This document shows positions 14,926 to 28,220 of a stretch of DNA of 64,000 bases, in pieces. The stretch's first letter is position 1; each line of letters begins with the position of its first letter. Below the pieces are notes generated by a model that ran no database searches, was not told where the DNA came from, and saw nothing but the letters and a program-made list of their open reading frames with translations. The translations under genes and the position numbers were made by a program. The stretch covers positions 124,001 to 188,000 of the forward strand of contig NIVC01001170.1 in NCBI GenBank assembly GCA_002269645.1. The letters are read 5' to 3'. The DNA comes from Macrostomum lignano. Its lineage: Eukaryota.

Positions 14926-14958
14926 AACCCCATAGAACTCATCAGTCAAGCAGCTCAC

Positions 14959-15021
14959 CAGAATTTCCGTACACAGCCGCAAACTGCAGATTTCCCGCAG
15001 CGGTGGCGAGCCGCCTGTCTC

Positions 15022-15053
<32 letters not shown>

Positions 15054-15796
15054 GTCGCACTGTACGGAAAATAATAGCGATAGTCGCTGGCGGGCGGCCC
15101 AGCCGCCAGCGGTCCGTTTCCTTGGTAACCAGCAAATCCGGCCGCGTAATCAACGGCTGCATCGCCGCTAATTGCCAATCCGGCCAATCCGCGGTCCAAC
15201 TCAAAGCTTCCCGAGGCGAATCTCTGCCGCTGCGGATGCAGCGCGTTTGTCGGCAGCGGCGGCGGCGCCTGCAACTGCTGCTGTCTATGGTAAAAGTCGG
15301 TGCCCTCATCGGCTGACGCGTAGCCTCCGCCGCTGCCGCCGGCGCGCCTGGTTGAGTAGCTCTGATGCAGCTCGGAGTCTGAACTGTACTCCTGACGCTG
15401 CGGCTGATTCCAGCTGCTGGTTGAGTTGATAGCTTGCTGCCCTCTCTGCAGTGAGTGACTGCTCAGCTGCGTGTCCGTTGACGGCGTTCTTGGCAACCGT
15501 CGCTGCTGCTGCAGCCGCGGACGGGCGGAGCTGGGCGGACCGAAATGCACGGCCCTTTGCTGCAACAGTTGCTGCTGCTGGAAGAAGTGCTGCGGCTTCT
15601 GGTGCTGCTGCTGATACTGATAGTTCGGATTGCCCTCCAACACGTCACGCGAATAGGCCGAGGCCTCGGAGCTTAAACCAGAATCGTTTGAGTCCTCTTG
15701 CTGCAACAGCAGCTGATGAGGCTGCAGCGGTTGTGACAGCGGCGGCGGCGGCGGCTGCTGCGGCTGCTGCTTCTGCCGCGGCTGTCTGACAGACAT
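14959..15796 (-). CDS. Q/P/S-rich coding exon of an unidentified gene (probably first coding exon)
   Basis: ATG at 15796 and 279 open codons with GC-rich codon usage like the other exons here. Good donor TCTG|GTGAGC at 14959/14958 (phase 1). No downstream exon identified with confidence. Confidence 0.65.
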
Positions 15797-16335
15797 TCAA
15801 CACTGATTGATTATTGGCAGATGCTGCTTGCTGCCGGGCGTTGCGGCATATCCTCAGTTTATCTCCAATGACTTAGACCAAGGGACCAGAGACAAAGGTG
15901 AGAGAGCGGCAAAGCGCAAACTGTTTAGATCAAGGAATCGACGCGTCCTGGTCTCATTGCGGCTTCACCGTGGTGGCGGGGGGAGGGGGTGGTTGGCTGA
16001 CCAGACCGCTCGCAGTTTAGGAGGTGCGGCACGGGGGGCTTTGGCCAGTTTTAAGGGGTGGCGGGCCGGGGGCCAGACTCTTGATAAGGGGGACTGGGGG
16101 GGGTAAGAGAGAGAGAGAGGGGGAGATGAAGGGGATGGGGAGGATGGGGACAGGGAGAACTGAAGGAGCAGTTTTTCGCCTATCTGACTGAATCGACTGC
16201 ATTGAGGGGGTCGGGGGCTGGCGTTGGGGGGGTTGTTTGCGTGAGCTGGGCTGAGAGCTGCGGAGGGGGGGGGGCAGACGGGGGTCTGGTCCGCTGGGAA
16301 TCTGAGCTCAGTCACGTTGAGTCGCCTACCCAAGA

Positions 16336-16342
16336 TCCAACC

Positions 16343-16381
<39 letters not shown>
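16336..16381 (+). repeat. (CA)n microsatellite
   Basis: Direct reading. Confidence 0.95.
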
Positions 16382-17445
16382 GGCCCCCTTTCAATCTTCA
16401 TCTTTCTCTCTCCCACTCAGCCCCTGGCCAAGCACTCCCGAGTCCAAACCATTGGCCGCGGACAATTTTAAAGTCCAATTGACTTTGCTGGCTGCTTTCT
16501 GGCGCTGCGGCCTCTCCAACTGCCGCCCGAAGCGGACTTTTTTTTAGAAAATTGTAATGGCCGGTCGTGCCGGGCGCTACAGCGTACAGATAATGCGTGT
16601 AAAGTTAAGCTATAGTTGATGACAGGTTGGGGTTCAGTAAAGAGAAAGAGAGTTTTTTTCTGAGGTCCTGGTGGTTTGGCTTCAGCTTTTGTGGGGATTG
16701 AGCGCAGGGAGCCACCAGGCCCCCGGATATGCGACGGCGAGGCAATTGGCCTGTGAGTGGTCCTCAGTCGGTGCTATTGTTTAACTGATGAGGCGCTGCA
16801 GACGACGTCCCCAAGCGACTGCGGATTTTGGTCGGGGGGACGGGGGGAAATCCTAATGAAGTGACGGAGAGCGAGAGAGAGAGGAGAGAGAGGGTGATTA
16901 GTCTGAAAAACTTCCCAGATCCACAGGGGAGAATATGGTTGCAGGGGTTTGCTGGAGGCTTCAAGTCGTCACTTGCTTTAGATTCAGGGGGCCACTTAAG
17001 CTGTGCATACGGTAGAGCGAGGTTTTGAGCCTGAGCTGCTGGAACTCCATAAAGTCCATTATTGGTCAGGTTTTTAACTCCTCAGAACAACCGGGCTGCA
17101 AGAATTTATAAAGCTTGTTGATGAGCTTCATGCAGTGAGCCACTCAGCTTTTTGCTTTACTGTACTGAGAAATACTTTTAACAGTGAAGCAAAAGTGAAA
17201 CAAAGTCGTGCTGGTTCTTTTAGCGCGCATTCTCTGTCTGTGTGGTAAATTTAATGTGTTCCTAAAATTGGCTATGGCTATGGGTCCTTCAGGCACGTGC
17301 AACAGTTTCTGGAAAGACGAGCACGTCATTGGTGCGTGATACAGGCTTGCAAATTTTGAGGTTTTAAAGCACATTACGTACCAGATGAAGGGTTTTATCA
17401 AGTCTTTGTTACATCATGTAGGATCATGGTCGCACAAGAGATGCT

Positions 17446-17677
17446 TGATTCAAGGTCAATCATGTATACAACACGCAAGGGGTGCATGCGTGATTCAAGG
17501 TCATCCTCTATCGTGTATACGGCACGCAAGGGGTGCATGCGTGATTCAAGGTCATCCTCTACATGTATACGGCACGCAAGGGATGCATGCGTGATTCAAG
17601 GTCATCCTCTATCATGTATACGGCACGCAAGGGATGCATGCGTGATTCAAGGTCATCCACTATCATGTATACGGCAC
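17446..17677 (+). repeat. 51-bp tandem repeat, about 4.5 copies
   Basis: Unit GTGATTCAAGGTCATCCTCTATCATGTATACGGCACGCAAGGGATGCATGC. Confidence 0.93.
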
Positions 17678-18718
17678 GTGGGGGGTCACTATTTTATACC
17701 TCGTAAATGAATTACGTGTACTTTCAATTAGAAGTTCGCACTTCAAATTCTCTATCTAAACGACAGTCGATTTTCACTGACAGTGTAACGTAATGGTAAA
17801 ACCGAATAATTTGTTCTAATTAATTGTACTTACTACAATAAAGAAATAATAGCAGGAAGATTGACGCAGACAGAACAGACGGCCGGGATATTTGAACTCG
17901 TATAAAGCCGACTCAGCGTCGAATTCAACGCTAAAGCCACTTTGGAGTTAATTCAATTTCCTCCACCCCTCATGGATTTATATATTGGCGAATATCTTTC
18001 AGAACTCCGCATCTACGTCCCTAAGGATAGTTTATTCTATATAAGCTTCATCTCTTCTTTTCAATCTCCTGCAGCCTCTCTCTGTCTGTCTCTCCGCTGT
18101 CCCTCCTACCGTTTCACTCGATGCTTCTTTGCCCCGACGCTCAAGAGAAGATCTGGTTGCCGAGCGTTCGAGATGCACTCAACAAAATTGTGGCCCGATC
18201 AAGACGAGGGCGGGGGCGGGGTAGCCCTCAGGAGCCACGCAATGCAGGCTTTGAGCCTCCCTGCGACAGTCGAACTTGAAGGACATCTCCTCCCCCCTTT
18301 TGCGTCAGGCCTCCTTGCCTTTCTTCTCTCTATTCCCTGGACAAGCCGCTCTCGAACTGATCCTGTGTACCAATACTTCCGAGAGGTCCGCCTGAGGCGG
18401 GTCGCTTTACTCAATAGCAGTCAGCAGGGGGCTAAAAGCTCTGCGAGTTCCGCACGCAAAAATCTAGCTAGTCATCCAGTTCAGTTAGGCAGACTCAAGG
18501 ACCTAGCTCTGCGATATATTGCCATGGATGGAAGGAACTCAGCTTTTGTGATTGAATAATGTACGGACGGCAATGTTTTTATTGATCAGATAAAATTCCA
18601 AGCCTTCACCAGTTACTTTGTGACTGGTCTTGAATTTTTAACTCATTTCAGCCGCAGATTTGTTTTACTAACGAAATATAAACAAACAAACAAATAAAGA
18701 AATCCAAATACCAGGAGA

Positions 18719-19013
<295 letters not shown>

Positions 19014-19855
19014 GCCGATTCGAGCAAGTTTGTCAGCGACAGGGAAGACTCAGGTAGATTCGGGACAGCCAAGTACCGTAATTAGTTGCACCTGGTAGGG
19101 CATCGGACAGAACGACTTATTCTCAAAGAAAGAAACCCTTCCGCTGGAAAACATGATGTTCTAGCGAGCTCAAACTTCAAAAGAAGTTTTTAATCATTTT
19201 TTAAAGAAAGAAATCATTACCCAAGACACGTACACCGCAATTAGCCAACTGCACACCTCTTTATTTTTAAATAAAAACTTACAATATATTTAACAAATAA
19301 AAATGCGGCTGTTTTACCAACGACTATAATAACGTACAGTTGCACCGTTGCATACAAATACTTCATAAATGCGAGTATTACAGGGTACCCATTGCGTCGC
19401 ATCCGCTGTACATTATCGTGCGTACGCTCGTATATTGATACAAATATTTCAGGGCATTACAAATAATAAAAATTGTTATGTTATATGCTATTTTTATGGA
19501 TATTTTACAAGTAAAAATTAAGAATAAATGAGCAGACCTAAATAAAAAAGGTTTGCCCTCCGTTCTCAACCTGTCTGGGCTGGTGGCTAATCTCAGAAAA
19601 AAATTAACTGCGACAGACTGCTCAGTTTTGTTAAAAATGCGTGTTTTTCTGCTTAGCGAATTTAAATTGGCGCCAAAATATTTTGAAAAAGTTTTACACT
19701 GTCGGGTTTAAAGTTTGCGTTTAGGGACCACTCTCGGCTCTGACTATCTATCTCTATTGAAGTCCATTTGGGCTGGACTTTGGCAACAATTTAAATTTGC
19801 AGCTTGTTAAATAAATAAAAAACTAACCAACTGAATGTCTGAGCAGGGCTTCCGC

Positions 19856-20115
19856 TCACTCCATTTTGATCTCCAACGGTTCAACGTTGCCTTCTCCATC
19901 GGACTTCAGCGAAGCGAACGACACACGAGACTTTCTCAGCTGCTCAGATCGTTGAGTCGCATTCTTAAATGCCTGCTCGCCAGCCTGCTCAACTCGAGCT
20001 CGGACCAACTCGATCATCTTCTCCGTGGCGATGCTCATGTAGATGTTGTCATTGTCTTCCAGCTTTAGACTGAGCGGAGAAGCGTCACCTGTCACCTCCA
20101 TCCAGGGACAGATGC
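19856..20115 (-). CDS. Unidentified 326-aa protein, exon 3 (terminal; ICPWMEVTG...LEIKME*)
   Basis: Acceptor CCAAG|GC at 20116/20115; phase 1 matches exon 2; TGA at 19856-19858. Confidence 0.75.
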
Positions 20116-20164
20116 CTTGGGGCGGCGAGGTAGCGGGCGGGTTCTCATGACCCACTATCCGAAA

Positions 20165-21870
20165 TTCATGACTCAACCATCCTCAATTCATGACCCAGCA
20201 TCCACAATTCATGACCCGCCATCCACAATTCATGACCCACCATCAACAATTCATGACCCGCCATCCACAATTCATGACCCGCCATCCTCAATTCATGACC
20301 CACCATCCACAATTCATGACCCGCCATCCACAATTCATGACCCACCATCCACAATTCATGACCCACCATCCACAATTCATGACCCACCATCCACAATTCA
20401 TGACCCACCATCCACAATTCATGACCCACCATCCACAATTCATGACCCACCATCCACAATTCATGACCCGCCATCCACAATTCATGACCCACCATCCTCA
20501 ATTCATGACCCACCATCCACAATTCATGACCCACAATCCACAACTCATGACCCACCATCCACAATTCATGACCCAACCATCCTCAATTCATGACCCACCA
20601 TCCACAATTCATGACCCACAATCCACAACTCATGACCCACCATCCACAATTCATGACCCAAATATACTTAATTTATGACCCAACCATACCCAATTCATGA
20701 CCCAAATATCCTCAATTCATGACCCAACCATACCCAATTCATGACCCAAATATCCTCAATTCATGACCCAACCATACCCAATTCATGACCCAAATATACT
20801 TAATTCATGACCCAACCATACTCAGTTCATGACCCAAATATACTCAATTCATGACCCAACCATCCGCCATTTATGACCCAATTCCATCTGCGACTTATGA
20901 CCCAACCATCCAAAACTCATGACCCACCATCCACAATTCATGACCCACCATCCACAATTCATGACCCACCATCCACAATTCATGACCCACCATCCACAAT
21001 TCATAACCCACCATCCACAATTCATGACCCACCATCCACAATTCATGACCCACCATCTACAATTCATGACCCACCATCCACAATTCATGACCCACCACCC
21101 ACAATTTATGACCCACCATCCACAATTCATGACCCACCATCTACAATTCATGACCCAAATATACTTAATTCATGACCCAACCATACTCAGTTCATGACCC
21201 AAATATACTTAATTTATGACCCAACCATACCCAATTCATGACCCAAATATACTTAATTCATGACCCAACCATACTCAGTTCATGACCCAAATATACTTAA
21301 TTCATGACCCAACCATCCACAATTCATGACCCACCATCCACAATTCATGACCCAACCATCCACAATTCATAACCCACCATCCACAATTCATGACCCACCA
21401 TCCACAATTCATGACCCAACCATCCACAATTCATAACCCACCATCCACAATTCATGACCCACCATCCACAATTCATGACCCAACCATCCACAATTCATAA
21501 CCCACCATCCACAATTCATGACCCAACCATCCACAATTCATGACCCAACCATCCTCAATTCATGACCCACCATCCACAATTCATGACCCAACCATCCACA
21601 ATTCATAACCCACCATCCACAATTCATGACCCAACCATCCACAATTCATGACCCAACCATCCTCAATTCATGACCCACCATCCTCAATTCATGACCCACC
21701 ATCCACAATTCATGACCCACCATCCACAATTCATGACCCAACATCCTCAATTCATGACCCACCATCCACAATTCATGACCCACCATCCACAATTCATGAC
21801 CCACCATCCACAATTCATGACCCACCATCCTCAATTCATGACCCACCATCCCCAACACCATCCCCAATTC
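20165..21870 (+). repeat. 21-22 bp minisatellite (AATTCATGACCCACCATCCAC)n filling intron 2
   Basis: Direct tandem units; explains the DPPSTIH/MTHHPQF ORFs. Confidence 0.97.
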
Positions 21871-21993
21871 TTGACCCTAAAAGACTCCATAGCAACCTAC
21901 ATGTCTCCACAACAACCTTACTGATCCCCATAGCAACCAAACAGGTGTCTTAGCAACCGTGCAGCTCTACTTAGCAACCAAAATCGTTCCTAC

Positions 21994-22387
21994 CTGGCCC
22001 GTAATTGCCGAAAGCGTCGCCGAAAGCTTCAACACCGTAGAAGCCGTCAAGGCAGTACTTGAGCCCCACACTGTTGCGCAGCCCCAGTCTGGCCGCAATG
22101 CTGCTGAATACTAGAGAAATTTTTATCGTGGCCTTAATTTTAAGCCGCAGAGTTCGAGTCCAACGATCCAGAATGATTGGCGCATACAGAGCGTTGCGTT
22201 TGACTCCGCACAGGTTCACAATCTGGCCGACGTGCATCTCGGAGTCGTGCCGCATCACGCGGAAGTTCAGCGTCACGTATTTGTGCCGATCGGGGCGGAG
22301 GCACATGCGGCACTGAGAGCGCAGCTCCACGTGCACCGGGTGACCGATGGGCCAGGACGTCTGCGGGCGGACCATCGGACTGACAGG
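21994..22387 (-). CDS. Unidentified 326-aa protein, exon 2 (PVSPMVRPQ...FGNYGP)
   Basis: Acceptor TCTCAG|CCT at 22388/22387 (phase 0); donor CCAG|GTAGGA at 21994/21993 (phase 1); 131 open codons. Confidence 0.75.
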
Positions 22388-22389
22388 CT

Positions 22390-22875
<486 letters not shown>

Positions 22876-23046
22876 GGCTGTGGCTGCCGCTAAGATAGTC
22901 GGTAATGCAGACGAAAAGAATTGGTGTTTCATTATTAATTATCGCTGTTTGTTTAATTTCGTTCTAAACGGTTGGATTGCTCAACTGTTTTAAGAATTTA
23001 ATTTTGGCGCCACCGCGCGGTCTCGAGTCCCGAGCTGGCAGGGGGG

Positions 23047-26000
23047 GGCACGTTTATGACGAGAATTGTAAAAAATGACATGGCACATTTAACAAAAAAT
23101 GACCGCTGTGTATCCCAATGGAAACGCGCAAAGTTTTGGCCATGACACAGACTTTGCAAAAATGACAAATCCATGACACTTCCAAATTGCTCGATTTTTG
23201 TAAAACTTCCAGCCTCTCTGATAATATACTGTATATACAGTATTCCGTAGTGTACGATCCTTTAAGCCTGTATTGGCGCACAACTGCACGACATTTGTGC
23301 AGTGCTGATAAATACTGTTAGACTAAAATTAACGACTGTAAATACTTAGCAATTTATACAATAAACTTTACCATGTAATAAAACAACAGGGATCTTATAT
23401 TCACATTAAATTAGTCTATAATAGAAGTAGTATAGCTACTACTAAAGAAATTGTAAAAATCAGTTAAGTAGATTGTGTGGAAGAGAAAGTAGAAAGTGAG
23501 TTGCAGCATTTTAAGTTTGAATTTTGTTGAACATGCAAATAGTTGTATGTTGCAAACATAGATGGTTTATTCATATACGAGATTGCAAGCATAGCACATC
23601 TAATATGACAATTATATACTAAATCGTTTTATAATATAAAATTATAAAACTTATTAAAAGTACATAATTAAGGCTATAATACGTAATACACTGTCTTCTG
23701 TCATTTTTGGCACAATGTGCAATCGTCATATTTTACAGCTTGTGCAGCAGTCATTTTTACACAGCGAGCACTGCCAGAAAAGTAGTTAAACGCTACTGCA
23801 AGTAAAACCAACGGACATCAGAACCTACATTTGAAATAGCCGATAAAAAAAAAGGAACTATAATATAGTGTAAATAGAAGACTGTCTTCTGTCATTTTTG
23901 GCACAATGTGCAATCGTCATATTTTACAGCTTGTGCAGCAGTCATTTTTACACAGCGAGCACTGCCAGAAAAGTACTTCAACGCTACTGCAAGTAAAACC
24001 AACGGACATCAGAACCTACATTTGAAATAGCCGATAAAAAGGAGGAACAAAAACATATAGTGTAAATAGAAGACTGTCTTCTGTCATCTTTGGCACAATG
24101 TGCAATCGTCATATTTTACAGCTTGTGCAACTGTCATGTTTACACAAAAAAGACTGCCAGAAAAGTACTTCAACGCTACTGCAAGTAAAACCAACGGACT
24201 TCAGAACCTACATTTGAAATAGCCGATAAAAAGGAGGAACTATAATATAGTGTAAATAGAAGACTGTCTTCTGTCATTTTTGGCACAATGTGCAATCGTC
24301 ATATTTTAGAGCTTGTGCAGCAGTCATTTTTACACAGCGAGCACTGCCGGAAAAGTAGTTAAACGCTACTGCAAGTAAAACCAACGGACATCAGAACCTA
24401 CATTTGAAATAGCCGATAAAAAGGAGGAACAAAAACATATAGTGTAAATAGAAGACTGTCTTCTGTCATTTTTGGCACAATGTGCAATCGTCATATTTTA
24501 CAGCTTGTGCAACTGTCATGTTTACACAAAAAAGACTGCCAGAAAAGTACTTCAACGCTACTGCAAGTAAAACCTTCCTTCAACATGCACTCCTTAGACT
24601 GTTCCTTCAACATGCAGGTCCTCGCTGTTAGATTTATCTGCCAGATGGCCAGACGACTGAGCTGGATTAATTAATTCACTTTGCAGAAATAATTCTTCCA
24701 TTTCATGCATTGTTATAGGAGTATCAGTGAGTAGTTGTAAGAGACTATAACTAGAGACTCCATTTTCTAGAGGCTCTGAAGGCAGCTCCATTTTCTGCAG
24801 GAACTCGGATAAGTCAGACCTGCTAGTGGCTCTGCAGAAGTTTTTTAGCCTTTAGCCATTGCACCTGGAAATTGCAAGTGTTTTTCAATGCGAAGCTCAA
24901 TTTTAATAGTGACAAAACCCAAAATACAGCAGTAATTTTCAATATTGTTTGATATAGTTATTCTACATTATTGTGCAATGCCATATGTACTAAGATATTT
25001 ACTATTTACTTATATAAAATGCTGTTTTTATTTATATACCTATAAATATAGTTATATTGTATCTAGGACTTGGCTTTGCTTAAAAATGTATAGAGTATTG
25101 TTTTTTTATATAGTTATGTTTTTATAGATAAGTATAACTTTTATTTGTTAGCCTATATTTAAATATAGCTGTTATATTCCAGGGTTCAATTAAAGGGTGG
25201 GGGATGGCCATCTCCCTTAAAATGGCTTTTACTAGTAAATGTTTTATTAACATTTTATACCCTCTATAAACCTAAGTTTATTATACCTTTTAGACTTTTT
25301 TTGCCCCATTATACAAATTTTTATGCCCTTAAGCTTGATTTGTTATCTTTAAATCTATACCCTAGCTTAAAAATTGGTATCTCTTATGTTTGTACCCCAA
25401 ATTTGGACTACCTCCCAAAATGAAATTCTAGATCTACTACTATTAAATTTTATTAAATCTTTAGGCTTTTTATACTCAGACTATCTTGGCCTCCTAGGTC
25501 CTATTAAAAGTCAACTTTTCTAATCTGATTATTATTGAAATAAGTTAATAATTAAATAATAAATAATAAGTTAATAAATAATTTTTTAAATATACCTAAC
25601 CAAAGTTATTAATTAACTTTTTCTTTGCTAGCTACACAATTAAGTTAGATTTTTTCTTAAGCTTCTTAATTTAATTTTCTATATTCCACATGTCATAGCT
25701 ATTGCTATTAATAAATAGTTATTAGATATTTACTATAAGCACTTTGAATATCAACTTGCTTTATAAATAGGCTTATACATATTAACTTCTTATTCATTAA
25801 AATAGAAATATCAAATATATAAATAAGCCTGCCACAAGAAGTTCATAGAAATAAGTAATTGAATAATAGTTATGTTATGTTATGAGAATATAATGGTATA
25901 ATAATTTTATAACAAAAACCATTCATTATAAAATTATTCATTTTATTATTTAGCTATCATTAGACAATTCTGTCTATTTAAAGGTTATAGGTAACACACT

Positions 26001-26922
26001 TATTACCATTGAACTAAGTGAAGATTTAACAAAATCAATATTTATATATAAGTATAAGTATTAAATTGAACTAAACAAAATGAATCAATGCATAAAAAAT
26101 TTGACTATTTAACAACTTCAATTCAATGCAATATTATATGACTACATATACATAGTTCATGCACAAATATTTTTTAGAACATGAACCACAATGTGTGATA
26201 AAGTGATAGGAAGATTCAGGTTTTTTTTATTATATGCCACTTGTCTATTGATATTGAGTGCTGCTTCATGGCATTATTCATATTTATGGACGAGTTAGAA
26301 CAAGATTACATTAAAATATTTCATATTAGGGCTATCTTTTTTAGTATATAATGAGAATAAATGAAGTACAAATTAAAAGAATGCAGATGTGCATCTTCAA
26401 TACAACAGGTTTACAACAGATGCACTTTTTATCTATCGTGTGTTCTATAACGACATAGCTAACTATATTTAAAATAAATACACGCAATTTTTTGTACAAA
26501 TAAATATAAATTATTTTTATCTACAAAATACTTTTTATTGAATTATCTGTATAACTACTATCCACCTATGCATCTACAATGTTTTTAAAACAAAAATATT
26601 GTAAAATTTGATATACTATAATAAACTGTTTTCAAGCCGGAAGGTGTGTCATATTTGTCATTTTTACGTATGTGCAATCACCCGTATTTTTTGTTTGTTC
26701 CCGTCATATTTTCATGCCCTAATAACTCCTTTAATATCATACTACTAGTTTTGAAACTTCAGTAATAGTTAGCGGGTGAAAAGGCGCTTCATTTTTTCAG
26801 ATTAATTTGTAAAAAGGACGTTTGTCATTTTTCATGACACATAAAAAATGACATCAGTACCAAAAAATGACTTCATGACACATTTTGTCGTCATTTTTGG
26901 AGAAATCTGTCATAAACGTGCC
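23047..26922. mobile_element. Non-autonomous or decayed TIR DNA transposon (superfamily unresolved) in intron 1
   Basis: Perfect 14-bp inverted termini GGCACGTTTATGAC (23047-23060) and GTCATAAACGTGCC (26909-26922). Many subterminal AAAATGAC/GTCATTTT motifs at both ends. No clean TSD and no intact transposase seen. Confidence 0.8.
23691..24572 (+). repeat. About 191-bp tandem repeat, 4.6 copies, inside the TIR element
   Basis: CTGTCTTCTGTCA unit starts at 23691, 23882, 24074, 24264 and 24456. Confidence 0.95.
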
Positions 26923-27545
26923 TATAGGGGGGCAGCCGCAGGCAGAAGAAGATTAAATGAATGATTTATTGCTATTCCGGTGGCAAAGCTTCGTGCAGCG
27001 AATCTGTTTTTTGGCGCCAATTTGAACTGCCTGGCTGGGATAAGCGAAAGTCTGAGGGAATTTTTTCCCTTGGCGACGAGCAGATGAAAAAACCAACCGT
27101 CTAAAATCCCCCCATACGAGCGTATGATCGTCCAAGGAAGAGAGGGGCACAAAATTCCAAAGAAATTCCAGCCTTTGATGCTTAAATACACGGCAGTTCG
27201 GGAGCGGGGTAGCGGATTAATTAGAGCTCGAACTGCTGCTCGGAGTGGCGCAAAAATCCGCAAGCCATACTGGGGAGAAATGAGACTGCGGGGGTTATTT
27301 CGAGGCAGGTTAAGCGGATTTAAAGGAACTGAAGCGAATGGCGCTGGGGAGAGGCACAAGCAGATCAGCTAACATGCGGTGTCATTAAGCCATGGGGCAC
27401 CGCGATGAAAGAGGCGGATGAGAAGCCAGAGTTTTCCTTGCAACTTCGTAGGCTGTCAGTGAAATTCTGCTATGCAAACCATTTCAAACAAATCAAGCAG
27501 TCAATAAATGAATTCATTTGTTTGCATTTACGAGCCGTGTTTCTA

Positions 27546-27804
27546 TTTCTGCCAATCTATCCGCCTATCTATCTGCCTATCTATCCGCCTATCTATCTGC
27601 CTATCTATCCGCCTATCTATCTGCCTATCTATCCGCCTATCTATCTGCCTATCTATCCGCCTATCTATCCGCCTATCTATCTGCCAATCTATCTGCCAAT
27701 CTATCCGCCTATCTATCTGCCTATCTATCCGCCTATCTATCTGCCTATCTTTCTGCCTATCTATCTGCCTATCTATCTGCCTATCTATCTACCTATCTAT
27801 CTGC

Positions 27805-27871
<67 letters not shown>
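27546..27871 (+). repeat. CTAT-derived microsatellite with 12/24-bp higher-order units grading into (CTAT)n
   Basis: Direct reading; lies just inside intron 1, next to the donor. Confidence 0.93.
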
Positions 27872-27893
27872 CCAAAAACCAGTTGTCTCTCAC

Positions 27894-28220
27894 CTCCGGC
27901 ATTTCAGGGCAGACGTATTTATTGTGCTTTTCCTGCGAGCTGTTGTTGTGCCCAGCTACCAGCGGCTTTGCCTGACCCTGAGCCAGGTTTTGGTCACTGA
28001 TGTCGATGTTATTGCTCGAGACTCCAGCCTCGTTTGCGGCGTTTTCTCGGCTGTCGATCAGGAGTTCAGAGTCGGTTCGATCGATTCCGATGTCGCCAAC
28101 GCCGATTGAGAACGGCCTGCCGCAGTTGAGCTCGCCAAGCAGCTGCTGGCGCAGAAGGGACTGCGGAGTTGCTGACGCCGCAGTGGTCAGCGGACTGCTG
28201 ATTCCGGATAGCGCCGTCAT
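27894..28220 (-). CDS. Unidentified 326-aa protein, exon 1 (MTALSG...CPEMPE)
   Basis: ATG at 28220 with an upstream in-frame stop; donor GAG|GTGAGA at 27894/27893; 109 codons, phase 0 matches exon 2. Confidence 0.7.

Noticed and set aside
13347-15074. ESHHL / GISPS / GEIPD pentapeptide-repeat ORFs
   Set aside because: 15-bp satellite open in several frames on both strands, typical of a non-coding repeat; no flanking exon signals.
15116-15129. X-box-like GTTTCCTTGGTAAC in the Q-rich exon
   Set aside because: Imperfect single match, 670 nt into coding sequence; plausible by chance.
17942-18559. 205-aa plus-strand ORF with TTG start
   Set aside because: No recognisable motif, non-coding-like composition and no splice partners.
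24594-24791. Short minus ORF inside the TIR element as a transposase remnant or extra exon
   Set aside because: No DDE or other motif; the host gene's exons 1 and 2 already join in phase without it.
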